64,000 nt of DNA from positions 6,396 to 70,395 of the forward strand of contig CAWGTI010000005.1 of NCBI GenBank assembly GCA_963825515.1. The letters are read 5' to 3'. Positions 63,837 to 64,000 of this stretch are shown piece after piece. The stretch is from an uncultured Solirubrobacterales bacterium (GTDB taxonomy: Bacteria > Actinomycetota > Thermoleophilia > Solirubrobacterales > Solirubrobacteraceae). How positions within the stretch are numbered: position 1 is the first letter of the stretch; the number at the start of each line of letters is the position of its first letter. The notes beneath the pieces are model-generated. The model had not been told where the DNA came from, made no database searches, and worked only from the letters and a program-made list of their open reading frames with translations. The position numbers were made by a program, and so were the translations under genes.

Positions 63837-64000
63837 TTAGAGCGTCCTCGATGGTGCGTCGGTTGCGGATCGGGATGTGGTCCGGGAAGCCGGCGAAGGC
63901 GGCCGCGGGGGCGAGGCCGACCAGCTCGCAGGCGGTGACGTCGGCGTGTGTTGCCACCGCCGCGACCACCTCGGCCAGCCGCACGCGGTCGTGGTCCTCC
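63837..64000 (-). CDS. C-terminal end of an unidentified protein (partial, continues beyond window end)
   Basis: The minus frame ...CELVGLAPAAAFAGFPDHIPIRNRRTIEDAL-TAA has high GC3. The formimidoyltransferase-like impression is unverified. Confidence 0.35.
   Translation of the reverse strand, partial: RTTTACGWPRWSRRWQHTPTSPPASWSASPPRPPSPASRTTSRSATDAPSRTL

Overview
High-GC (about 70% by eye), gene-dense actinobacterial-type chromosome segment, with most genes on the minus strand. I cannot confirm taxonomy; the gene content and PD40/Arg-rich secreted proteins suggest a deep-branching actinobacterium of the Solirubrobacter/Conexibacter type. The backbone is the conserved housekeeping run hisS-aspS ... 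iscU/mnmA-alaS-ruvX-mltG-aroE ... aroC-aroK/aroB-aroQ-Xaa-Pro peptidase ... efp. Three kinds of content interrupt it. (1) A complete type IV pilus gene set in two blocks: pilB-pilT-pilC at 40.2-44.5 kb, and pilA, three minor pilins, pilD, pilM-pilN-pilO and an unknown gene at 14.3-21.3 kb. (2) Metabolism and repair genes: gnd, aceB, lctP, a LigD polymerase domain, xthA, rnd, gluQ and ftsH. (3) An unusual number of decayed genes: a frameshifted RHS-like gene; a truncated oxidoreductase with frame-switched DUF1365 and DUF1295 genes; and relics of a LysR regulator, a DUF4160/DUF2442 pair and an L,D-transpeptidase. Non-coding highlights: a 167-bp CTAG-ended palindromic MITE-like element that supplies the stop codons of two convergent genes; two loci with paired two-tier hairpin repeats sharing a GAACGTC outer stem; and an exactly phased 60-bp tandem array upstream of iscU-mnmA. 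Coding highlights: a heavy-metal-type MerR gene with a perfect palindromic operator in a 20-bp-spacer promoter, coupled to an unannotated 47-codon Cys-rich ORF; and an aminotransferase-fold protein lacking the catalytic Lys, Asp and Tyr. All calls come from reading the ORF translations and the DNA by eye. No database search was run.
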